From an uncultured Planctomycetia bacterium (lineage in GTDB: Bacteria; Planctomycetota; Phycisphaerae; FEN-1346; JAACEH01), in the NCBI GenBank assembly GCA_903929765.1, contig CAIYVX010000039.1:32573-96572 (forward strand): a DNA stretch of 64,000 nucleotides, in the 5' to 3' direction. The notes under the pieces are model-generated. The model had not been told where the DNA came from and made no database searches. It saw only the letters and a program-made list of their open reading frames with translations. Below are positions 1 through 7,983 of the stretch, in pieces; position 1 is the stretch's first letter, and the number at the start of each line of letters is the position of its first letter. The position numbers were made by a program, and so were the translations under genes.

Positions 1-1251
1 CTCGCGGCTCGCCTTCACCGTCTCCTGCAACGTCTTCTGTTCCGTCTCCATCACCGCCATTTTCTCCATCTCTTCCTTCACCGCCACCAGCAGCGTCGTC
101 AGCCGCCCGCGCTGACCCTCCGGCAGTGTCGCCTGCCGCTTCAGCATCGAATCCAACTTCGCCCGATCCGACTTCATCCGCTCCCCCAACTCCTCCATCT
201 CGCGCTCCAGTTGCCCCAGCCGACGCTGCGTCGGACGGTCGTAACCCACCACCACCGTCGTCCGTTGACCTGTCGCCGAGCCGATCATCGCCGCCTCCAC
301 CCCGTTGCGCGCCTCCACCGTGCTCGCCGTCAGCGCACCCGGCGTCACCACCCGGCCCGCCGTCACGATCTTCGCGTTCACCGCCTCTTTCTGCACAAAC
401 ACGTCGCCACCAGCCGTCAACGTCGCATTGTCCACAAACCGCGCCTTCACCCCGCCGCCCACCGTCACCACCGCCTTCTCCTTGCCCGCCACGCCGCCAC
501 CCGCCACCAACTCCCCGCCCACCTCGATCCGCGCCGCCTCGATCACGCCGCGCACCACCAGGTCGCGCGAACACTTCACCGCGAACAGATCCAGCACGTT
601 CCCGCCCACCAGCACGTCGCCGTCAAAATTCACGTTCCCCACCTGAAAATCCACGTTCCGCGCCACCGTCAGCAGCGGACTGATCCAGACCCGCTGCTGC
701 ACCACGTTCAACCGCCCCCCGATCTTCGCCCGCACCTGGTGCGAATTGTTGTCTTGCTCCACGCTATCTCCGAATTGCAGCGCCACCCGCCGCCCCTTCC
801 GCTGCGGTATCTCGCGCCCGCAAATGTTCCGTCCCGCTTGCCCCTCCGTCGGCGGCGCCACCGTGCAGATCACCGCTCCCGCCGACACGCTCACAATGTT
901 GCTCCGGGCGTAATGATTCACCATGTCGCCCGCCTCCCCGCTCGCCGTCTGCTTCGCCGGATCGCACTCCGGCATCCACTCCACTATTCCGTCCTTTCCG
1001 TTCACCGCCGCCACGCCTTCCGCCAGCACCACGTCCTCCGTCGGAACTTCCCCCGCCCGCACCCGCGCCGCCAGCGCCGCTATTCGCTTTTGAACCCCCT
1101 CGTCCACCACCACCTCATACGCCTCCAGCGCCGCCCGAAGATTCTGTTCCGAATACGCCTCCCGATCACCCACCGCATTGACGCGCACCCACGCCCGCAG
1201 CTTATCCGGGCCGATCACCACTTCCGTCATTACCGCCTCGTTCGCCATCTA
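1..1251 (-). CDS. DUF342/FapA-like protein (flagellar-assembly-protein-A family); 3' part runs off window start
   Basis: Manual reverse-complement translation starts at ATG 1249-1251 (MANEAVMTEVVIGPDKLRAWVRV...). It has strong GC3 bias and C-terminal beta-helix-like repeats (VDFQVGNVNFDGDVLVGGNV...). It is absent from the ORF track because it lacks a stop inside the window. Confidence 0.45.
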
Positions 1252-1261
1252 CCTGCCTCCG

Positions 1262-1500
1262 TTTGCTTCTTCTTCTGTTTCTTCACCCCTCCCCCTTGAG
1301 GGGGGAGGGTGGCCGCTTTAGCGGCCGGGTGAGGGTGCACCGGTTGCTCACAAATCGTTGCGAGCGTGCTGTTTCCGTTTCTTAGGCTTCTTCTGTTTCT
1401 TCACCCCTCTCCCTTGAGGGGGGAGGGTGGCCGCTTTAGCGGCCGGGTGAGGGTGCACCGGTTGCTTCAATATCACCGTGTGCTGCTGTTTCTGTTGCTG
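1262..1500. repeat. Tandem duplication (~118 bp x2), each unit carrying a family-A palindrome (CACCCCTCCCCCTTGAGGGGGGAGGGTG + GGCCGCTTTAGCGGCC)
   Basis: Units about 1265-1380 and 1383-1500 are near-identical and share CT-rich linkers. Confidence 0.8.
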
Positions 1501-1505
1501 CTGTT

Positions 1506-1536
1506 CCTTAAGCCTTAAGCCTAAGGCCTATAGCCT
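1506..1536. repeat. Family-H CTTAAG-palindrome element (CCTTAAGCCTTAAGCCTAAGGC)
   Basis: Related copies at 2482-2510, 10185-10205, 11264-11296 and 60571-60603, always just beyond a stop codon. Confidence 0.6.
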
Positions 1537-1695
1537 CTCCTCTTATTTTCGACCCTTCTTCCCCATCCGATTCAGCAAAACGCCCCCTCTTCCCCGCCCA
1601 AACCCCTCATTTTTCCCCCTATCCCATGGACCTCTCATTCCTTTCCTTGACACCCGCCCCGCCCACTCGTACAATCATCTCGGTCGTTGCTTTTT

Positions 1696-1750
1696 CACCC
1701 CTCTCCCTTGGGAGCGGGTGGCCCGAAGGGCTGGGCGAGGGGTTTAGGCC
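1696..1750. repeat. Family-A palindromic element (CACCCCTCTCCCTTGGGAGCGGGTG + GGCCCGAAGGGC)
   Basis: Core CCCCTCTCCC-TTG/AGG-GGGAGAGGGG palindrome. About 20 copies in the window. Confidence 0.8.
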
Positions 1751-1792
1751 ACGGCCCGCCCGAAATTTATATCCTCACAAAGGAAACTTGCC

Positions 1793-2380
1793 ATGGATGT
1801 TAAATCTGGTTTTACCGGTCTCGCCTGCCTCGCCGCCGTCGCCCTCGGTGCCGTCCTGTTCGTCGTCGCCCTCTGGTTCATCTTCGCCTACAACGGCCTC
1901 GTCCGACTCCGCAACACCGTCAAGGAAGCCTGGGCCCAGATCGACGTCCAGCTCAAGCGCCGCTGTGACCTCATTCCCAACATCGTCGAGACCGTCAAGG
2001 GCTATGCCGCCCACGAACGCGAAACCCTCGAAAACGTCGTCAAGGCCCGCCAGGCCGGCCTCTCCGCCACCGGCGTCAAGGAACAGGCCGAAGCCGACAA
2101 CATGATCACCGGCGCCCTGGGCAAACTTTTCGCCCTTTCCGAAGCCTACCCCAATCTCAAAGCCAACGAAAACTTCCTCGCTCTCCAGGAAGAACTCAGC
2201 TCCACCGAAAACAAAATCGCCTTCTCCCGCCAATACTACAACGACAGCGTCCGGACCTTCAACACCAAGATCCAGGTCTTCCCGACCACCATCGTCGCCG
2301 GCCTCTTCCACTTCCAGCCCGCCGATTTCTTCGAAGTCACCGACGCCGCCCAACGCGAAGCCCCAATAGTTAAGTTCTAG
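1793..2380 (+). CDS. lemA: LemA family membrane protein
   Basis: N-terminal TM helix then YNGLVRLRNTVKEAWAQIDVQLKRRCDLIPNIVETVKGYAAHERETL, a typical LemA core. RBS AAAGGAAA upstream. Paired with a downstream HtpX-like gene as is common. Confidence 0.9.
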   Translation: MDVKSGFTGLACLAAVALGAVLFVVALWFIFAYNGLVRLRNTVKEAWAQIDVQLKRRCDLIPNIVETVKGYAAHERETLENVVKARQAGLSATGVKEQAEADNMITGALGKLFALSEAYPNLKANENFLALQEELSSTENKIAFSRQYYNDSVRTFNTKIQVFPTTIVAGLFHFQPADFFEVTDAAQREAPIVKF

Positions 2381-2430
2381 TAGGGTGCGTGCTGGCACGC
2401 ACCATGTAGGGTGGCTGCTTGCAGCCACGC
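2379..2430. repeat. Family-G hairpins (GGGTGCGTGCTGGCACGCACC + GTAGGGTGGCTGCTTGCAGCCACGC) overlapping lemA stop
   Basis: The same TGTAGGGTGGCTGCTTGCAGCCACGC occurs at 9853-9880 after the stop of 7984..9849. A related TGTAGGGACAGGGTTCTACCCTGTCC sits at 33425-33452 after the MBL-hydrolase stop. Confidence 0.7.
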
Positions 2431-2531
2431 GGAAAATAACTCCGTTTTCCGATTTGCGTTGCCGTTGCTTTTTTTTTTCCTGAAGCCCGAAGCCTGAGGC
2501 CTGAAGCCTCTTTTTCCGTCCGAGCCTTCCG

Positions 2532-3578
2532 ATGGCCAGTTTCGATGCCCTCATCGGCGAAAACAAACGCAACACGGTCCTCCTCGTGGCCGTGGTCACT
2601 CTCGTCTTTTGCCTCCTCGCCGCCGCCATTGGACTCGTCGTTTTCGGCTGGGAATCCCAGTCCCAAAATGTTACGGTCATGTCCCATAGCAGAACGTATC
2701 ACGACGTAATTGAAGCACATCAGGAGTACCAAGGCCCCTCCTTCGCCTTCGTCCTCGCCATCTCCATCGGCGCCGCCATCGCCGTCGCCGCCATCATGAC
2801 CCTCTTCTCCTACTTCGGCGGCGCCGCCGCCCTCATGGCCGTCAGCCACGCCCGCGAAATCCAGAAGTCCGACGACCCCCAGCTCTGGAACGTCATCGAA
2901 GAACTTTCCCTCGCCGCCGGCCTCCCCATGCCGCGCGTCTACCTCATCGACGAACCCGCCATGAACGCCTTCGCCACCGGCCGCGACCCCAAACACGCCG
3001 CCGTCGCCATCACCGCCGGACTCCGCCAGAAACTCACCCGCGACGAGCTTCAGGGCGTCATGGCCCACGAACTTTCCCACGTCCGCAACTACGACATCCG
3101 CCTCACCATGTTCGCCGCCGTCATGGCCGGCGTCGTCGTCCTCATGGCCGACTTATTTCTGCGCTACCTCTGGTTCGGCGGCGGACAGCGCCGCGACTCC
3201 AACTCGCGCGGCGGAAACCCCCTCCAACTCATCCTCCTCATTTTTGCTATTGTTCTGGCCATCCTTGCGCCGATTTTTATCAAGATCATCCAGCTCGCCA
3301 TCAGCCGCCAGCGCGAATACATGGCCGACGCCGCCGGGGTCGCCCTGACCCGTTACCCCGAAGGGCTGATCTCCGCCCTCCGAAAACTCGAAACCGACGA
3401 GGAACCCCTTCATGCCGTGACCAGGGCCACCGCCCATCTCTTTATCGTCAATCCTCTCAAGGCCGAAGACCAGCGCTCACACCTCAAGGCTTCCAACCTC
3501 TTCCAGACTCACCCCGACCTCGAGGACCGTATCGCCCGTCTTCAGTCCATCGGAACCGCCGCCGCCCCAGGAAAATGA
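2532..3578 (+). CDS. htpX: M48 family zinc metalloprotease (HtpX-like)
   Basis: HEXXH motif (MAHELSHVRNYD), multiple TM segments, and the LemA-HtpX gene pairing. Confidence 0.85.
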   Translation: MASFDALIGENKRNTVLLVAVVTLVFCLLAAAIGLVVFGWESQSQNVTVMSHSRTYHDVIEAHQEYQGPSFAFVLAISIGAAIAVAAIMTLFSYFGGAAALMAVSHAREIQKSDDPQLWNVIEELSLAAGLPMPRVYLIDEPAMNAFATGRDPKHAAVAITAGLRQKLTRDELQGVMAHELSHVRNYDIRLTMFAAVMAGVVVLMADLFLRYLWFGGGQRRDSNSRGGNPLQLILLIFAIVLAILAPIFIKIIQLAISRQREYMADAAGVALTRYPEGLISALRKLETDEEPLHAVTRATAHLFIVNPLKAEDQRSHLKASNLFQTHPDLEDRIARLQSIGTAAAPGK

Positions 3579-3582
3579 TCTT

Positions 3583-4470
3583 ATGAACCTCCGCTCTTCG
3601 CTTATCGCTTCTTTTTCTAAACTCTGCACTTCTCTGGGGGTGCCACACTTTGGCCCCGGCTGTTCGGGGCAAAGTGTGTGGAATCACGGCCAACACAAGC
3701 CGCATCGCTCCTTCGCCGTTTTTTTTAAATTTTTAATTTTTAATTTTTCATTTTTAATTCTCTTCTCCGCCTCCGGCTGCCAGCCGAATAACGTCGTCGA
3801 CTCCGTCCCACCGCCCCTCGTCTCCCATACCAAGCCCTGGGCTTCCCTGGAAATCCCGCACCCCATGCCCGCCCCGTCCCGCACCCCCGCCCAACTTCCC
3901 GCCGCCCAACGCGCCCCGCTCCAGAAGGTTCCCGCCGCCGCCACCCCGCTCTCCGCCCCCAATCCCGCCTGGATCGCCGCCGATCCCGGTAAATGGCAAT
4001 ACATCATCATCCACCATTCCGCCGAACCTAACGGCAGCGCCTCCACCTGCGACCGCGCCCACCGCCAGCGCGGCTGGGACGAACTCGGCTACCACTTCGT
4101 CATCGGCAACGGGTCCCTCACCCCCGACGGACTCGTCGAAATCGGCCCGCGCTGGTGGCAGCAAAAGCACGGCGCCCATTGCCGACCCTCCCCCACCGAC
4201 GACAACCACTGGAACGAGCACGGCATCGGCATCTGCCTCATCGGCAACTTCGACAAGCGCCGCCCCTCCGAGGCCCAACTCGCCAGCGCCGCCCAACTCG
4301 TCGCCTGGCTCATGCGCCAGTGCAACATCCCCCCCGACCACGTCTACGGCCACGGCGGCGTACCCTGCGCCCGCACCGATTGTCCCGGCAAATATTTCCC
4401 CCTCGGCGAACTCCTCCGCCGCGCCGCCGCCATCAACGCCTCCTACCTCACCTCCACCTCCGCCCGCTGA
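3583..4470 (+). CDS. N-acetylmuramoyl-L-alanine amidase (Amidase_2/PGRP domain), secreted/lipoprotein-like; start uncertain
   Basis: KWQYIIIHHSA...GYHFVIGNGS...GICLIGNF motifs. The conserved Cys (FSASGC) aligns with the lipobox Cys of the paralog at 4958. The N-terminal region contains repeat elements D1 and F1. Confidence 0.75.
   Translation: MNLRSSLIASFSKLCTSLGVPHFGPGCSGQSVWNHGQHKPHRSFAVFFKFLIFNFSFLILFSASGCQPNNVVDSVPPPLVSHTKPWASLEIPHPMPAPSRTPAQLPAAQRAPLQKVPAAATPLSAPNPAWIAADPGKWQYIIIHHSAEPNGSASTCDRAHRQRGWDELGYHFVIGNGSLTPDGLVEIGPRWWQQKHGAHCRPSPTDDNHWNEHGIGICLIGNFDKRRPSEAQLASAAQLVAWLMRQCNIPPDHVYGHGGVPCARTDCPGKYFPLGELLRRAAAINASYLTSTSAR
3637..3685. repeat. Family-D hairpin (GCCACACTTTG-GCCCCGGC..GCCGGGGC-CAAAGTGTG)
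   Basis: Copies at 9957-10008, 43135-43180, 43201-43247 and 59071-59122. Confidence 0.8.
3722..3760. repeat. Family-F AT-rich element (TTTTAATTTTTCATTTTTAATT)
   Basis: Copies at 7845-7887 and 43813-43860, plus an inverted copy at 57706-57735. A striking AT island in a 65% GC genome. Confidence 0.75.
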
Positions 4471-4474
4471 TCTT

Positions 4475-4840
4475 TTGTCGTTGCCGTTTCTTCTTCACCC
4501 CTCCCCCTTGAGGGGGGAGGGTGGCCGCTTTAGCGGCCGGGTGAGGGTGCACCTGTTTCAATCAAATCACCTGAAGACATGTTGCTTCTTCTGCTGCTGT
4601 TTCCCCGATTACCCCTGCCGCCGGATGGCCTGGTCCGGCGAAGTGTACAGACCATGAAGAGCAACCGTTCGATCGGAAGCCGTTGTTGTTTCTTTTTCAC
4701 CCCTCTCCCTCGGGAGAGGGTGGCACGAAGTGCCGGGTGAGGGGTTGATGCCCTTGCCTCCACAATCTCGCAATGCTGCTGTTTCTGTCCTTCATGATTG
4801 GATATTGAGTGTTGGATATTGGATATTCGCCATTGCTGTT
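4475..4840. repeat. Composite intergenic array: A4 (4496-4552), B1 (4621-4690), A5 (4698-4755), E1 (4793-4833), separated by CT-rich linkers
   Basis: Family B is GGTGGCATGGTCCGGCGAAGACGGGCCATGAAGAGCAACCGTTCGATCGGAAGCCGTTG. Family E is ATTGGATATTGAGTGTTGGATATTGGATATTCGCC. Confidence 0.8.
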
Positions 4841-4957
4841 GCCGTTACTGTCCACTGACCACTGCACACTCACCACTATTTCTTCAATTCCCCCGCCCCA
4901 CTCCGCCGATACAATAACCATATCCGTCCGATAACCCGGCCGGTCTTAGGTGACTCC

Positions 4958-5593
4958 TTGTTCTCTCCGAAAACTCTTCTCGCCGCGCCGCTCCTGCTTC
5001 TCGCCCTCGTCTTCGCCGGCTGCGGCCCCAACGTCGCCCTCGTCGACAATGTCCCTCCGCCCGCCTTCGGCACGCGTCAGATCATCGCCCGGCCCAGCGG
5101 CGGCCCTTCCGTCGCCCCGCCCACCCGCGCCGGCGCCTGGGTTCCCCCCGTCCCAGAAAGAAAATGGCGCTACATCATCGTCCACCACTCCGCCTCGCCC
5201 ACCGGCAGCGCCGCCATGTTCGACCGCGAACACCGCGAGCATCGCGGCTGGAACGAGCTTGGCTACGATTTTGTCATCGGCAACGGTTCCCTCACCGGCG
5301 ACGGCCAGGTCGAAGTCGGCCCGCGCTGGCTCAAGCAAGTCACCGGCGCCCACACCGGCGTCCACGACCATCCCGAATTCAACGAGTTCGGCGTCGGCAT
5401 CTGCCTCGTCGGAAACTTCGACCTCGGCCGCCCCACCGAGGCCCAGCTCCAGAACCTCGCCACGCTCACCCGCTGGCTCATGCAACGCTACAACATTCCC
5501 AAGTCCCGCGTCCTCGGCCACGGCATGCTCAAACCCACCGACTGCCCCGGCAAACTCTTCCCCTGGGACGACTTCTACCGCCGCCTTAACTGA
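4958..5593 (+). CDS. N-acetylmuramoyl-L-alanine amidase (Amidase_2/PGRP domain) lipoprotein
   Basis: Signal peptide with lipobox-like LVFAGC, followed by YIIVHHSA...GYDFVIGNGS...GICLVGNF. Paralog of 3583..4470. Confidence 0.8.
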   Translation: MFSPKTLLAAPLLLLALVFAGCGPNVALVDNVPPPAFGTRQIIARPSGGPSVAPPTRAGAWVPPVPERKWRYIIVHHSASPTGSAAMFDREHREHRGWNELGYDFVIGNGSLTGDGQVEVGPRWLKQVTGAHTGVHDHPEFNEFGVGICLVGNFDLGRPTEAQLQNLATLTRWLMQRYNIPKSRVLGHGMLKPTDCPGKLFPWDDFYRRLN

Positions 5594-5599
5594 AAATTT

Positions 5600-5810
5600 C
5601 ATCCGCCGTTGTTGTTGTTTCTTCAACCACACTCCTAACGTTGGGTGGCATGGTCTGGCGAAGACAGGCCATGAAGATCAACCACTCGACCGGAAGCCGT
5701 TGTTGTTTCTTCACCCCTTCCCTCGGTTGAGGACTTCTCGTCACCACCGCCCGAGCAGAATCCGCACTTCATGATTGGATATTGAGTGTTGGATATTGGA
5801 TATTCGCTGT
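5600..5810. repeat. Composite array: B2 (5641-5712), degenerate A, E2 (5770-5808)
   Basis: Same B -> A -> E module order as 4621-4833. Confidence 0.75.
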
Positions 5811-5893
5811 TTTTCTTCTCTTCACCAAACGCCAAAAAACACGGGCCGCGACGTTCTCCGCCGCGGCCCGCTTAATCTATCAATCACCTGAAA

Positions 5894-7189
5894 CTATCGT
5901 CCCGCCGCCACCACTTCCACCTTGCTCGCCTCCACCACCCACATATTCAAATCCGCTCGGTTCCGCTTCACCCCCCATACCTTCACCTTCAGTCCCAGCA
6001 ACTGGTCCAGTTGCGCCACGTCCCCGTTCAGCAGGCAAACGTATCGCCCTTCCGCGTTTTCCAGCCGGTACGAATAACCCATCGTCGCCGTCATCTTCCG
6101 CAACACCCCCTCGAAGTCCGGCTGAATCACCGAACTCCGACCCGCGGCCTCCGCCTCGCGCTTGGCCTGGTCTTTCGCCGCCGCCTCCTGAATCTCCGCC
6201 AGTTTCTTCGCCGTCTCCTCGCGCTCCGCCTTCTGCTTCTCCAGACCCTGCTGCAGCGCCTTCTGGAACTCGATCTGCTTGAGCGCCCGCGTCGCCGCCT
6301 CGCTCAGGTAATCCGCCTTCGCCTTATCCTTCACGTCGCGCAGCGAATCCACCAGCTCCGCGCTGAACTTTCGTTCCGCCAGCGGCTTCGCCAGCTCCGT
6401 CTCCAAATCCCCCGCCGCCTTCTCATACGCCGGCGTCTCTGGATCCAATTCCACCGGCTTGATCTCCGGCAACTTCACGCTCAGACCCGTCCCCGAAGAG
6501 GCCTCTCGGCTCCCGCGCGACACCGGCACCAAAAATTCATCCTTCACGTAAACCGTCGCTCCCTCCGGCAGCGCCACCGTGTAATACGGCCCCTCCTCGC
6601 CCTTGATCGTCACCGCCGTCTCCGCCGGCAACTGACCGATCACCGCCCACGTCCGGTCGCTACCAGGATCCTTCGCATACACCCGCGCCATCGTCGCCGT
6701 CACCGTCCCGCTCTTCGACGACGCCGGATCGCTCTTCACGTCGTCCTTCTTCACCAGCGCCGCCACGTTCAACTTCCCCGCACCCGTGATCGCGCTCCAC
6801 CCGTCCGACTCCGACTCCACCCGCACCCGCGTCGCCTCTTTCACCAGCGCCACGTCATAATAATAAAGCCCCGGGCCGCTCCGCACGTGCACCGCGTCGC
6901 CCTTGATCTCCATGTCCCGCGGATACTCCGCCGGAGCCGCCGCCACGTCCGTTCCGCCCGTCGCCAGGGCGCCTTCCGCCGCTGCCGGATGCGCCGGCCG
7001 CGCCGCCGTCGCGCTCGAACCCGCCCGCGCTCTGGTCGCCGAATGGCTAGCCGTCGTCTTCGGCTTTGCCGTCGTCGTATGCGTCGTCGTCCGACCTGTC
7101 GCATGGGCCGGCGTTGCCGATGTCGCCCCCCACGCCCCCGATGCCGACAAAACCAGTGCCCCCACGCTTAGTAAAATTGCTCGAATCAT
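5894..7189 (-). CDS. Secreted protein with two bacterial SH3-like domains and a coiled-coil C-terminus (hypothetical)
   Basis: Signal peptide MIRAILLSVGALVLSASGAWG. Two SH3b-like segments (VHVRSGPGLYYYDVALV..., YAKDPGSDRTWAVIGQLPAETAVTIKGEEGPYYTVALPEGATVYV). C-terminal region rich in K/E/A. Start chosen at the Met preceding the signal peptide. Confidence 0.55.
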   Translation of the reverse strand: MIRAILLSVGALVLSASGAWGATSATPAHATGRTTTHTTTAKPKTTASHSATRARAGSSATAARPAHPAAAEGALATGGTDVAAAPAEYPRDMEIKGDAVHVRSGPGLYYYDVALVKEATRVRVESESDGWSAITGAGKLNVAALVKKDDVKSDPASSKSGTVTATMARVYAKDPGSDRTWAVIGQLPAETAVTIKGEEGPYYTVALPEGATVYVKDEFLVPVSRGSREASSGTGLSVKLPEIKPVELDPETPAYEKAAGDLETELAKPLAERKFSAELVDSLRDVKDKAKADYLSEAATRALKQIEFQKALQQGLEKQKAEREETAKKLAEIQEAAAKDQAKREAEAAGRSSVIQPDFEGVLRKMTATMGYSYRLENAEGRYVCLLNGDVAQLDQLLGLKVKVWGVKRNRADLNMWVVEASKVEVVAAGR

Positions 7190-7369
7190 GGCCCCTGCCC
7201 TTTCCCTCTTCACGAGACTATGCCGCTTGTAACTTGTTCTTAATGAATTGCATAACACCCCGTGCAACGCCATCCAGACTACCACCCCCCTGCCAAACCG
7301 TCAATAGAAATTGGCCGCACCCTTGCAACCCCTTCCCCGCCCCGCTATCATCACCCCCGTAGTTGCTGT

Positions 7370-7600
7370 TTTTTCTGTTTCACCCATACCTTGGCCGGTG
7401 GGTGGCATGGTCCGGCGAAGACGGGCCATGAAGAGCAACCGTTAGATCGGAAGCCGTTGTTGTTTCTTCTTCACCCCTCTCCCTTGGGAGATAGTGGCAC
7501 GAAGTGCCGGGTGAGGGGTTTAGGCCCTTGCCCGCCCGAACGGATTCTGACTTCATGATTGGATATTCGTTATTCGATATTCTGCGGTTCGCCGTTTCTT
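7370..7600. repeat. Composite array: B3 (7399-7470), A6 (7482-7540), E3 (7553-7590)
   Basis: Third instance of the B -> A -> E order. Confidence 0.8.
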
Positions 7601-7788
7601 CCCCGGCGCCCTGGCGGGATAGGCTACCGAACCTCTCCACGCTCTCCGCCGCGTCCTGGCCGTCCGGCTCAGGCCCCATGTTCCTCCTCGCCCTCCTCGC
7701 CGCCGCCGTCCTCCTCCTCATTCTCCTCCTCCGCTGGCTCCTCTCCCGCTCGCGCCGCCGACCTTAAAATCTGATTCTCTTCGGCTTT

Positions 7789-7890
7789 TGAGGCCCCCAG
7801 CATTGCTGGGAGATGCCATTGTTTCTGTTGTTTTTGCCGTTTCTTTTCAATTTTTCATTTTTCATTTTTAATTTTTCATTTCACCTTACC
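7789..7890. repeat. C1 hairpin (GAGGCCCCCAGCATTGCTGGGAGATGCC) plus F2 AT-rich element
   Basis: Family C is GAAGCCCCCAGCACTGCTGGGGGATGCCGTTTCTTC. Copies at 10036-10075, 13396-13437, 33601-33645 and 33738-33776. Confidence 0.75.
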
Positions 7891-7983
7891 CCTCGCCCCC
7901 CCTCCTTTTTTCTTGAAATTATCGTACCGTTTCTCCGTTACAATACATCACAAGGAGCCAACTGTCTCTTTAGGAGAACCGTC

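Noticed and set aside
211-1299. 362-aa plus-strand ORF (and 126..683, 305..646) overlapping the window start
   Set aside because: His/Arg/Pro-rich low-complexity translation typical of antisense or alternative-frame reading in high-GC DNA. The opposite strand encodes a GC3-biased FapA-like protein.
4475-4840. CRISPR array interpretation of the repeat arrays
   Set aside because: The repeats belong to several different palindromic families rather than a single direct repeat. The spacers are CT-rich low-complexity linkers, not unique sequences. No cas genes are present.
6011-7171. 386-aa Arg-rich plus-strand ORF
   Set aside because: Antisense to the SH3b-domain protein gene; a compositional artefact.
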